Virus record (IMG/VR): IMGVR_UViG_3300032286_000719
Span: 1 to 64,000 of that record
Source of the DNA: a virus
Strand: one strand, 5' to 3'
DNA: 64,000 nt
The position numbers and the translations under genes are program-made. This document shows positions 1 to 9,025 of this stretch, piece after piece. The notes under the pieces are model-generated. The model made no database searches and was not told where the DNA came from. It saw only the letters and a list, made by a program, of their open reading frames with translations. Every line of letters begins with the position of its first letter. Position 1 is the stretch's first letter.

Positions 1-1
1 T

Positions 2-229
2 GATGGTTCAATGGTAAACAACATTAGAGAAGTACGTATGAAAGGTGCTCCTTCTATGACATGGGGTTATATTGATGGTACTCGTCACCACTTAGGTTTT
101 GCTAAGTCTCAAGGTATGAGTTCAGCTAACAAATTCCCAGGATACGAAATCTGGATGAAAGACAGATGTGACGTATTTATTGAAGATCTTTCTAGAACTG
201 TGTTGATCGAGGAAATCCCACAATTCTAA
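2..229 (+). CDS. Major capsid protein, C-terminal fragment (gene starts upstream of the window)
   Basis: The reading frame is open from the window start. The C-terminus (...SSANKFPGYEIWMKDRCDVFIEDLSRTVLIEE) resembles crAss-like MCP ends, and it sits directly before the conserved crAss head/tail block. Confidence 0.7.
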   Translation, partial: DGSMVNNIREVRMKGAPSMTWGYIDGTRHHLGFAKSQGMSSANKFPGYEIWMKDRCDVFIEDLSRTVLIEEIPQF

Positions 230-240
230 TAATAAAATTC

Positions 241-348
241 GAGAAGAATCCCCTCACCTCCTCTCCCTCCTACGAGGGGATGATTCTCAACTCAGAGTGT
301 TTGATATGGATAGTATCCATGATCAGGTTCCTTCGATGGGACCACTCT
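241..348 (+). ncRNA. Structured intergenic RNA element (hairpin plus three-way junction) after the capsid gene
   Basis: GC-rich island. Stem gagaa/ttctc plus atcccctc/gaggggat (241-288). Then P1 agagt294-298/actct344-348, P2 302-311/315-325 and P3 ggttcc326-331/gggacc338-343 with a TTCGAT loop. Confidence 0.45.
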
Positions 349-383
349 ACTAAATAAAACCAAATTATTAAATTAACTACATT

Positions 384-1352
384 ATGGGTAAAACAGGCAA
401 AATTTCTACTATCAAGAGAGAATATAATAGTTCTCAATTACAAACTATGGATAGTGGGTTAGCACAAAAAGGAATGACAAGAATCCCTGGAACAGGTGTA
501 TTCAAATATCCTTATAAGGAATTAGATGGTAAATACAGAACAGGACTAGATCCAGATGCTGCTTACATCAAACGAATTCAAGATCCAACTGAAAAAGAAC
601 TTGAAATTGAAAGAGTTACTGCTCTTAGAAAAAGACTTGAAGACGAGATTGGTGATATTGATCTTGGACCACGTTCTAAATTCTGGAACTATGGATTATC
701 ATTATCTCCAGACGATCAAACTCACGTACAAGCAGTTAAATTGATGGATGGTGATAACTATTTTGATTTATCAAATGCTTTCCAAGAAATAGCCTTTTCA
801 TGGTTAAGAGTACATCCTACTATTGCATCAAGTCATCAAGCTTGGGAAAGAGGTGAATATCCAGCAGAGACACAGTTCTATGTTGTAGATGATGAAATAG
901 AGAATGCAGTGATCTTCAAGAAAAAACAATTGATAAACAAAGCAATTGTTAAGTTTGATTCAATGACTCCTGAGAAGAAACGTAAAGTTGCAAGACTTTT
1001 AGGACTTCCAGTATCAGAAGATTCAAAAGAAGAAGTGGTGTACAACTTAGTAGATAATGTATTAAAACAAACAGAATTCAAGAATGGTAAGTATTCAGGA
1101 TTGAATCCAGTTGAAGTTTTTAATAGATTTGCTGACATGAAAGAAAATTTACTCCATATTAAAGATTTAGTAAAACAAGCTATAACACATTCTATTTATA
1201 GAATCAAACCAAATGGTAAGGTTTATGAAGGTGAGTTTGAAATAGCTAAAGACGAAGAGGATTTAGTAAAATTCTTAGCTGATGATGATAACCAAGACGA
1301 GTTATTAGTATTAGAAGGAAAATTAAAAACTAAAAAACTAGCTGCTATATAA
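384..1352 (+). CDS. Conserved crAss-like protein downstream of MCP ('gene 75'-like)
   Basis: 322-aa ORF with an A-rich leader; occupies the slot immediately after MCP in crAss-like synteny. Confidence 0.6.
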   Translation: MGKTGKISTIKREYNSSQLQTMDSGLAQKGMTRIPGTGVFKYPYKELDGKYRTGLDPDAAYIKRIQDPTEKELEIERVTALRKRLEDEIGDIDLGPRSKFWNYGLSLSPDDQTHVQAVKLMDGDNYFDLSNAFQEIAFSWLRVHPTIASSHQAWERGEYPAETQFYVVDDEIENAVIFKKKQLINKAIVKFDSMTPEKKRKVARLLGLPVSEDSKEEVVYNLVDNVLKQTEFKNGKYSGLNPVEVFNRFADMKENLLHIKDLVKQAITHSIYRIKPNGKVYEGEFEIAKDEEDLVKFLADDDNQDELLVLEGKLKTKKLAAI

Positions 1353-1381
1353 GTGTGGCTAGTTTAAAAATATAAAAGCAT

Positions 1382-2113
1382 ATGATACCAGTAGATAGTT
1401 TATTATACAAGATTGATCAAAAACTAAATAAACTATCGACTAATTCACATCAACAGATTCAATTAGAAGACAAAATCTTAGCCCTTAATGAAGCTCAGAT
1501 TAAATTGATAAAACAAAAAGTCGATGGTATTAGTACTACTAGTCAATTAGGTCAAGATTCTTTTAAGAAACGTTATGAAGATTTACAGAGTCTTATATTA
1601 GATTATAATCATCAACCATTACCACTTACATTAGAAGATCCTAATTTAAATCAATGGCGTGCTGATGTTCATGATCTTGACCCAAAATATATGTTCTATG
1701 TAGATTCATATGTTTTAGCTGATAAGGGAAGATGTAAAGACAGAAGAATTTGGATCAATAGAGATCTTGCAAAACATGGTGATCTTCAGTTTATATTAAA
1801 CAACGATCATTATAAACCAAGCTTTGAATATCAAGAGACATTTAACTTTCTAGCATCTGATAAAATTTCTGTATTCACAGATGGTACGTTCACACCTAAG
1901 AATCTACAAATAATGTACATGAGATATCCTGTATACATAAACAAAGCAGGATATATAATGTTAGATGGGACTCCATCATTTGATCAAGATTGTGAACTTG
2001 AATTATATTTAGAGGATGAATTGTTAGACTTAACAGTACAAAATCTAGCAATGTATACTGAGAATGCTGCAGCAGTACAAAGTGCTCAGTTCAGAATACA
2101 AACAAACGAGTAA
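1382..2113 (+). CDS. Tail ring / head-tail connector protein
   Basis: 243 aa. The LNEAQ...KRYEDLQSL...YMRYP...CEL...ELLDLTV pattern is typical of crAss ring (P22 gp4-like) proteins; synteny agrees. Confidence 0.65.
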   Translation: MIPVDSLLYKIDQKLNKLSTNSHQQIQLEDKILALNEAQIKLIKQKVDGISTTSQLGQDSFKKRYEDLQSLILDYNHQPLPLTLEDPNLNQWRADVHDLDPKYMFYVDSYVLADKGRCKDRRIWINRDLAKHGDLQFILNNDHYKPSFEYQETFNFLASDKISVFTDGTFTPKNLQIMYMRYPVYINKAGYIMLDGTPSFDQDCELELYLEDELLDLTVQNLAMYTENAAAVQSAQFRIQTNE

Positions 2114-2138
2114 ATTTTTAACTTAATAAATAAATAAA

Positions 2139-3332
2139 ATGGCTGATTTTTCATTAACCACGTTATTCGTGGTTCCAGTAGGGCAGCAGGCTGTCCCTAG
2201 CTCTGGCTCAACACAAGACCTAACTGCAGGTACTGTGGGAATCTTTAACAACTTGTATGCTACAGTAGATGCTACAACTATTAAAGCTGCTCCTTATTTC
2301 TACGTTGCACAAGGTAGAGACAACACTTATCTTCAAGGATCTAAAAGATCTGACAAGATTGGAGTTCAAACAACTGCATTAACAGGTAATGCTCAAACAA
2401 TTTCAACAAAGAACTCTAATGTAACAGAATGGTACAAAGTATCAGGATGTCCTACAGCTGCTAATCAAATTACTGATGTAACTAATTTCACTGTACAATG
2501 TGGAGAAGTTATCACATTAACTTTGCGTGCTCACTCTTCTTACATTGATACATTGTATTTCAATGGTTTCACTCGTTCAGTAACAATCCAAGCTCCATGC
2601 TGTGGTTGTGACGAAAATCCATGTGATGATGTAAGTGATAACACTATCATCAACTTATTGATTGCTAAATTAACTCAACAAGCTCCTGGTATCAACCCTG
2701 ATAACATTAGTTTCAACACATTCTTTACATTTGAAAATGTAGGTGGTACAATCTTACGTATTACAGGAAAACCATTAACTCAATATGGACAACCTTGTGA
2801 TATTGCAGCGTTCCCATTTGAATATGACAGAATGTATTTCAGAACATTTGTATATGCTGGTCCAGCTACAACTGCTGACTTTATTGTTGCTGATAATTGT
2901 AACTTAGTTGCTAATCCTGTTATTACTCAACGTGCTTCTTATGCCACTGGTACATCTGCAGAAATTATCCAATTAGAGAAAAACTTCTACAGCTACCAAG
3001 CAGGTTACTTGAAACATTTATACAGAATAAATGGTTATAACGAAAACTTCGAATCTTATGTTTCTGCTGGTGAAACTTATAACACATTCTACATCAGATT
3101 CAATGAGTATAACAGATCTGAGTACCAATGGGGTGATTATATTCAACAAGACTCTACAGTTATTATTGCTATCCCACAAGGAGGTGGTAATTTAACTTCT
3201 GCGTTTGAAGCAATCTTAGTAGGTGCTTTAGGTGCTGTAGTAGATCAAGGTATTCCTTGTATCACAACTACAACTACTACATCTAGTGCTCCTGCATCAA
3301 CAACTACAACTACTTCTACAAATATTCCTTAA
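2139..3332 (+). CDS. Putative auxiliary capsid (decoration) protein with C-terminal Thr/Ser tail
   Basis: 397 aa, beta-rich, in the position of the crAss auxiliary capsid gene. Followed by a strong hairpin, as expected for a high-copy product. Ends ITTTTTTSSAPASTTTTTSTNIP. Confidence 0.6.
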   Translation: MADFSLTTLFVVPVGQQAVPSSGSTQDLTAGTVGIFNNLYATVDATTIKAAPYFYVAQGRDNTYLQGSKRSDKIGVQTTALTGNAQTISTKNSNVTEWYKVSGCPTAANQITDVTNFTVQCGEVITLTLRAHSSYIDTLYFNGFTRSVTIQAPCCGCDENPCDDVSDNTIINLLIAKLTQQAPGINPDNISFNTFFTFENVGGTILRITGKPLTQYGQPCDIAAFPFEYDRMYFRTFVYAGPATTADFIVADNCNLVANPVITQRASYATGTSAEIIQLEKNFYSYQAGYLKHLYRINGYNENFESYVSAGETYNTFYIRFNEYNRSEYQWGDYIQQDSTVIIAIPQGGGNLTSAFEAILVGALGAVVDQGIPCITTTTTTSSAPASTTTTTSTNIP

Positions 3333-3366
3333 GGATAAAGAAGAGTAAAAAATTTAAAAAATAACC

Positions 3367-3409
3367 TATGCCAGGGGAAAGAGGATATCACTCATATTCC
3401 TCTGGCATA
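3367..3409 (+). terminator. 13-bp stem-loop after the auxiliary capsid gene (attenuator or mRNA-stabilising hairpin)
   Basis: tatgccaggggaa ... ttcctctggcata (one G-U pair); no strong U-tract. Confidence 0.5.
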
Positions 3410-3423
3410 ATTATTATAAAAAC

Positions 3424-3987
3424 ATGGCAAACTTACAATTAGATATATTAGTAATCCCTACTTATAGTGTACTTACACTTGGTGTTGCAGATGTTTCTGT
3501 ATATCCTACTAATCCTCCAGTGGTGTCAGCACCTACTATTGAGATTGATATTCCAGGATTTGGAACCAAGATACTACCATTTGTTCCTGATGAAATCAAT
3601 GTATTTACATCGTCTAATTTAGGAATCACAGAACCAGGTTGTAATCAACCACTTCCAGATGGAATATACAGATTGAGATATTCTGTAGCTCCTTCATATT
3701 TATATAATGTAGAGAAGACAATAATACGTGTTGACAAGCTTCAAGAGAAGTTTGACAGTGCGTTTCTTCAATTAAATATGATGGAGTGTGATAGAGCCCT
3801 TAAAACACAATCTAGTGTACAACTAAATACAATTAACTTCTTTATTCAAGGAGCGATTGCAGCAGCTAATAACTGTGCAGAATTTGAATCAAATACATTA
3901 TATGCTCAGGCAGATAATTTGTTAAACAACTTTTTAAGAACCAACTGTGGTTGTTCTGGTAACAACTACTTAATAAACTTTTATTAA
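3424..3987 (+). CDS. Putative tail hub / fibre-docking protein
   Basis: 187 aa with an Ig-like N-half (LPDGIYRLRYSV), a helical C-half and a CGC end; position matches crAss tail hub genes. Confidence 0.5.
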   Translation: MANLQLDILVIPTYSVLTLGVADVSVYPTNPPVVSAPTIEIDIPGFGTKILPFVPDEINVFTSSNLGITEPGCNQPLPDGIYRLRYSVAPSYLYNVEKTIIRVDKLQEKFDSAFLQLNMMECDRALKTQSSVQLNTINFFIQGAIAAANNCAEFESNTLYAQADNLLNNFLRTNCGCSGNNYLINFY

Positions 3988-3989
3988 TT

Positions 3990-4085
3990 ATGGCACAATG
4001 TTCAGGATGTGGAGCTAATGTAGGCTGTGGATGTCAGCTGAAAAATGGAATGTGTGCAGCGTGTGCTGCAAAAGCAAATAAATAA
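3990..4085 (+). CDS. 31-aa Cys-rich microprotein MAQCSGCGANVGCGCQLKNGMCAACAAKANK (not in ORF track)
   Basis: The ATG is 2 nt after the previous stop, the ORF fills the gap exactly, and it has 6 Cys in CxxC/CxC/CxxC spacing. Confidence 0.7.
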   Translation: MAQCSGCGANVGCGCQLKNGMCAACAAKANK

Positions 4086-4095
4086 AATTGTTATT

Positions 4096-5682
4096 ATGTT
4101 ATCACCAAGACTAACCAACTGTCCTGAATGCCCGGACATTTCATCTTTACTTAAAAAAATAGATTGCAAGTTAGCAGAACTTGGTAACAACTTGTACAAC
4201 AATATTTCATATATGTTGAATAAACCTGTACCTGCAGATGACATAACTCAATTTATAGGATATAGAAGAATATTAATGTACAAACGTATTAATCCTAGTT
4301 ATGTACAGGATTATTCTGTAGCTATGATAGCTAGTAGAGTGATACGTCTTACAGTGGGATGTGTAAGTAGATGTAATACACCAGAACCTTGTATAGAGGA
4401 ACGTTGTGATGTAACTATTGTACCAAATCCTACCAGTACTAGTACTAGTACACTTGCACCTATTACAACTACTACTACTACTAGTTCAACCAGTACTACA
4501 ACCAGTACTAGTACCACTTTAGTACCAACCACTACCACTACTAGTTCTAGTAGCACCAGTACAAGCACTAGTACTAGTTCAACAACAACAACATCTACTA
4601 GCAGTAGCAGTACAACAACTACTACAACAACATTTATTCCTCCAGGAGCTGTTCCAATACCAGTTTTACTTGAGTATCAAACAATATCACCAGTAGAAGA
4701 TATTGTTGTATTTAATATTTTAGAAGATACCTGTCTTTTTTTCTATAATCTAGAAACTAGTAATGTTAATTTAGGCTCACTTGTATTTGATATTACAACT
4801 TATTATTATGATGAAGAAACTTCAATGTTATATAATAGTGTTACAAATACTTTTGCTGAAGATGGTTATTATATTTCAGATGCACCTTTATATGTTACTA
4901 ATGGTTTAGTAGAAGTACTTACACAAGAAGATCTTGATGGATTATGTAATTTTACAACAACAACAAGTTCTAGTTCTACTAGCACTTCTACAAGTACCAG
5001 TACGTCTACATCAACAAGTACTTCAACAAGTACAACTACATCTACAACCACAGCTGCACCAACAACCACTACAACTAGTTCTAGCACCAGTACTAGCACG
5101 TCAACTAGTACTAGTAGTAGCACAACAACTACTACAACAACAATACCAACCCTTGCCTGTTCAGGTGTAACGAACGCTGGAGATAATGAAGTTAAGGATA
5201 CTTACATTGAATTAGACCCAAATGGTGGTGTCATTACAATGTTGTTTTTTGTTGGTGGCCAATCTGATAAATTAGAGATATATCATGGATTACCTGAAGA
5301 TGGTGGAACTAATAAGATGGCAACATCGTCTATGAATGCAAACAATAATTATGGTCCTTTTGATAATGTATGGGGAACAAACCCAAACCCAGTTCCAGCA
5401 ACAACTACTGCCTCTAATCAGCTACCCCAATTTATAGGTTCAAATAAAGGAACAATACCACAGCGTAGAACCCAATTTAGTGCTGATACAGGTCTTAATA
5501 TACCTGTTAATGGACTTGGTCAGATGGTGTTCCCTAACCCTAATTACCCAACTGATCCATATCAACAAGTTATATGGTGGAAATATGATTCCAATGATTA
5601 TTTAACTGACTCAACAGTAACAATTAGAGTTACAGGTGGAGGTGGAACAACAGGTTGGTCTTTTTATAGATGGTGTCCATAA
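4096..5682 (+). CDS. Virion protein: helical N-terminal hub-like domain, two mucin-like Thr/Ser linkers and two beta tip domains
   Basis: The likely start is ATG 4096 (MLSPRLTNCPEC) rather than 4045. T/S tracts lie at about 4432-4632 and 4954-5148; the C-terminal beta-sandwich ends WSFYRWCP. Confidence 0.65.
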   Translation: MLSPRLTNCPECPDISSLLKKIDCKLAELGNNLYNNISYMLNKPVPADDITQFIGYRRILMYKRINPSYVQDYSVAMIASRVIRLTVGCVSRCNTPEPCIEERCDVTIVPNPTSTSTSTLAPITTTTTTSSTSTTTSTSTTLVPTTTTTSSSSTSTSTSTSSTTTTSTSSSSTTTTTTTFIPPGAVPIPVLLEYQTISPVEDIVVFNILEDTCLFFYNLETSNVNLGSLVFDITTYYYDEETSMLYNSVTNTFAEDGYYISDAPLYVTNGLVEVLTQEDLDGLCNFTTTTSSSSTSTSTSTSTSTSTSTSTSTTTSTTTAAPTTTTTSSSTSTSTSTSTSSSTTTTTTTIPTLACSGVTNAGDNEVKDTYIELDPNGGVITMLFFVGGQSDKLEIYHGLPEDGGTNKMATSSMNANNNYGPFDNVWGTNPNPVPATTTASNQLPQFIGSNKGTIPQRRTQFSADTGLNIPVNGLGQMVFPNPNYPTDPYQQVIWWKYDSNDYLTDSTVTIRVTGGGGTTGWSFYRWCP

Positions 5683-5736
5683 CCAACAGGGTAATAATAA
5701 AACTAATAATAAATCAAATTTTTAAAATAAAATAAT

Positions 5737-6825
5737 ATGTCAACTTGCTCAAATTGCTATAATGGATGTACAGAGATTGTCTCTGACAGATGTGTAAAAT
5801 ATACAGGAATAGATGTTCCTGTCCTAGGAATCCAAACAGGTGATTCATTATCATTTGTAGAACAAGCTTTAATTACATTCCTTGTATCAACATTAGATGG
5901 TACAGGAATAAAAATAGATCTTGGATCTACAGTGGTATGTAACCTTGTACAACAATATCTACCTACATGTGGAGACTTAACAATTGTAGATATATCAAAA
6001 GCTCTTATACAAGCTGCTTGTGATCTTCAAGTACAAGTGAATGCTATTAATGCTACACTTGCTACATTGAATGCTGATTATACAATTGGATGTTTGACAG
6101 GTGTTACAGCTTCTTCAGATACACATGCTATTGTACAAGCTGTAATTAACAAGTTGTGTCAAGTACAAGTTGATTTAACAGCATTAACTTTAAACTTATC
6201 TACTAATTATTCTAGTAATGGTGCACAGTTAGATGCTTACATAGCTAATTATTTAGCTACAAATTCTCCTACTTCTAATCTTATAAATAATAGAATGGTT
6301 CCTTATGCTGTAGTTGAATACTATGGTCCTGTTGCTGGTAATTTTGATGGAACAGGTAAAGGAACTGGAATTTGGGATAAAATATATCTATGTAATGGAT
6401 TAAATGGTACACCAGATAAAAGAGGAGTGGTAGGAGTAGGTGCTACAAATGGTGCAATGTTAGGAAATACAATGCCTGCACAGACTAATCCATCATTAGG
6501 AAATCCTACATATAATGTAGGTGGACCAATAGTAGGTAGCAATAATGTTGTCTTAGGACCTACACAAATACCTAGTCACACACACACTGCTACAGTTACA
6601 GACCCTGGACATACACATACAGTTACAGGATCGAATGCAAATAATGGTGATCCAGGAACTTTCTTTATTACTGCTGCTACAGAATCTAATGGTAATAGAA
6701 CTGTTGGAACACAAATTCCAAATATTACAGGTATAGGTGTAACTATTGGTCCTACAGGAGGAGGACAAGCACATGCAAACTTTCAACCTGGATTAGGTTG
6801 TTTATATATTCAATACAGACCTTAA
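5737..6825 (+). CDS. Tail fibre protein with tail-collar-like C-terminal domain
   Basis: N-terminal CVKYTG..D.L module and coiled coil, then LCNGLNGTPDKRG...QIPSHTHT...HTHT...HANFQP (collar / His-metal-knot fibre motifs). Confidence 0.7.
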   Translation: MSTCSNCYNGCTEIVSDRCVKYTGIDVPVLGIQTGDSLSFVEQALITFLVSTLDGTGIKIDLGSTVVCNLVQQYLPTCGDLTIVDISKALIQAACDLQVQVNAINATLATLNADYTIGCLTGVTASSDTHAIVQAVINKLCQVQVDLTALTLNLSTNYSSNGAQLDAYIANYLATNSPTSNLINNRMVPYAVVEYYGPVAGNFDGTGKGTGIWDKIYLCNGLNGTPDKRGVVGVGATNGAMLGNTMPAQTNPSLGNPTYNVGGPIVGSNNVVLGPTQIPSHTHTATVTDPGHTHTVTGSNANNGDPGTFFITAATESNGNRTVGTQIPNITGIGVTIGPTGGGQAHANFQPGLGCLYIQYRP

Positions 6826-6837
6826 TAAATCAATAAG

Positions 6838-8082
6838 ATGGCATATCCTTTTTTACCAGTTAATCCTTGCTGTACAGACGTAGTCTTAAATAGTCCTTGT
6901 GGATGTAGTTCTACAATTTCTAATAGTGGTTGTGGACAAAATCCATGTGGAACTAATGTTATTCTATCTAGCAATGTACGTTATGATGGTCCTGTATTGG
7001 ATTGCATTATAGTTGAGCCATGTGATACACTTAATGTAATATTGCAAAAGATTGATGAGATTATATGTAATCTACTTGTTCAGATTAACACATTGAATAT
7101 TCAAGTGGCAAACATCACCACTCAAATAATCAATATTAATAATGAGATAATCAATATTAATACTACATTAGAAGGATGTTGTGGTGCTACAACTACTACT
7201 ACTACTACTAGTTCAACTAGCACTACAACTACCACAACCACTCCAATACCAACTACTACAACTACAAGTTCTAGTTCAACTAGCACTAGCACATCTACTA
7301 GTACGTCTACATCAACTAGCACTTCTACAACAACAAGTTCAAGTACGAGTACAACAACAACTACAACTACAGCTGGACCTACCACTACTACAACAACAAC
7401 AGAATTTTCTGCAGCTTGTACATGTTTAAATTTTAACATAACTCAAGAAGATATAGATGCTGCTACAGGAAATGTTATCCATGGAAATAATATAGTTAGT
7501 ATAAGTGTTGGAAAAGGTGCAGTATGTGGAGGTGGTGATTTTGGTCAGAATGTTACCTCTGCAGGAACAATAGGTATATGTATTGAAACTTCAGAAATAG
7601 GTACAGCTGATATACTTTATTATGTAAACGATATCCCTGTTTTCTACCCAGCTACAACAAGTACATATGACGTGTTATACTCTGCTTGTACAACAAATGG
7701 TGAATGTGTACCTACAACTACTACCACTAGTTCTAGTAGTACAAGTACATCTACGAGTACAAGTACCTCGACTAGTACATCGACCAGTACTACAACTAGC
7801 ACAACTACAATACCTCCAACTACAACAACAACTACCACTGTAATTTATTCAGCAGAATTTTCTATAGGAACTGCAAATAATGCTTTAGCTTGTCTTGAAA
7901 CTGTTGCAGTGATAACGTTATACTCAACTAGTTCTACGTTTGCTTTTGGAAGTTTTGTATACACTGATGCAGGATTAACAACTATATTTGTTGGAGGAAA
8001 TTTATATTATAAAAATATATCAGCAAATAATGTAATCAGAGTGCCTAATTCTGGACAGATTAACTCAACTAGCTCTTGTTAA
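6838..8082 (+). CDS. Cys-rich fibre/decoration protein with coiled coil and two Thr/Ser tracts
   Basis: VRYDGPVLDC..CDTLNVILQKID anchor module, heptad repeat, T/S tracts, and a C-terminal AC...VYTD...GGNLYY tip module. Confidence 0.65.
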   Translation: MAYPFLPVNPCCTDVVLNSPCGCSSTISNSGCGQNPCGTNVILSSNVRYDGPVLDCIIVEPCDTLNVILQKIDEIICNLLVQINTLNIQVANITTQIININNEIININTTLEGCCGATTTTTTTSSTSTTTTTTTPIPTTTTTSSSSTSTSTSTSTSTSTSTSTTTSSSTSTTTTTTTAGPTTTTTTTEFSAACTCLNFNITQEDIDAATGNVIHGNNIVSISVGKGAVCGGGDFGQNVTSAGTIGICIETSEIGTADILYYVNDIPVFYPATTSTYDVLYSACTTNGECVPTTTTTSSSSTSTSTSTSTSTSTSTSTTTSTTTIPPTTTTTTTVIYSAEFSIGTANNALACLETVAVITLYSTSSTFAFGSFVYTDAGLTTIFVGGNLYYKNISANNVIRVPNSGQINSTSSC

Positions 8083-8117
8083 ACTTTTAAATTTAAATTA
8101 TATAATAGCAATATAAT

Positions 8118-8957
8118 ATGGCTGATTGTCCTCAAATAAATAATACAACAATAATAGGAACGAGTGCTGTCTCATATGATAGCACTCCACTTCCTTGTAC
8201 AGATGTAAAAGCATGTGATAATCTTAATACAATCCTTACTAAGTTTGATAATGTTATATGTTCTGCCATAAACAGTGTAAACATCCTTAAAGAAGAGATA
8301 ACAAATATCACTGAGGACTTAATGATGATTACAGAAGAGATAGAGGATATAAATGATCAAATCTTTATATGTTGTCCTATTTGTGATTTTACAATAACTG
8401 CCACTGAATTACCTGTATGTGATTTCACTGCAAGTGCTACTGAATTACCTACATGTAATTTTACAGGAAATGTTAATCAAGTTCCAGATCCTACAACTAC
8501 TACAACTAGTAGTTCTACTTCTACTTCTACTAGTACAAGTACAAGCACGTCTACAAGTACTACTAGTACAAGTACATCTACTTCAACAAGTACTAGCACT
8601 TCGACTAGTACATCAACTTCAACAAGTAGTAGTACTACTACAACAACCACCACCCCTACACCTGGTGAGTTAGGACAGTGTTGGTCATTGACTTGGCAAA
8701 ACGACGAAGAACCACCTTCAACGTTATACGCTCGATATACTAATTCATCAGGCAATGAAGTAGATACACAAATAACTAATCTTCCTAGGACAGTAGGAAC
8801 TTTTGAAACCACAGCATATATCTGTTCATATTACCCTAATGCACCTAACTGTGTAAGTTATGCTGTAAGCCCACCACTTATTGTAACTTGTGACCCATAT
8901 ACTTGGTTTACTCAATTTAATACGTGTACGAACAACTTAAGTTGTCTCCAAACATAA
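8118..8957 (+). CDS. Cys-rich fibre/decoration protein with 12-aa repeats and a Thr/Ser tract
   Basis: Same anchor (VSYDSTPLPC..CDNLNTILTKFD), then CDFTxxATELPx repeats and a T/S tract at about 8492-8660. Confidence 0.65.
   Translation: MADCPQINNTTIIGTSAVSYDSTPLPCTDVKACDNLNTILTKFDNVICSAINSVNILKEEITNITEDLMMITEEIEDINDQIFICCPICDFTITATELPVCDFTASATELPTCNFTGNVNQVPDPTTTTTSSSTSTSTSTSTSTSTSTTSTSTSTSTSTSTSTSTSTSTSSSTTTTTTTPTPGELGQCWSLTWQNDEEPPSTLYARYTNSSGNEVDTQITNLPRTVGTFETTAYICSYYPNAPNCVSYAVSPPLIVTCDPYTWFTQFNTCTNNLSCLQT
8382..8486 (+). repeat. Three tandem 36-nt (12-aa) repeats: CDFTITATELPV / CDFTASATELPT / CNFTGNVNQVP
   Basis: Directly visible in both DNA and protein. Confidence 0.85.
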
Positions 8958-9025
8958 TTAACCTTATTTAGTGGATGTAAAGTTTTATGTTGCAATTTAA
9001 TAATAAAAATAAATAAATAAAAAAT

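Noticed and set aside
294-348. tRNA gene
   Set aside because: Too short, with only three stems and no D-arm/anticodon geometry or CCA; retained only as a structured-RNA candidate.
1335-1365. Hairpin aaactagc...gctagttt overlapping the stop of the 322-aa gene
   Set aside because: It is weak, has a short U-run, and the next gene follows within about 30 nt; insufficient to call a terminator.
4045-4095. ORF-track starts at 4045, 10879 and 59294
   Set aside because: They overlap upstream genes. Downstream ATGs at 4096, 10945 and 59315 have A/T-rich leaders, and the latter two match the N-termini of their paralogues.
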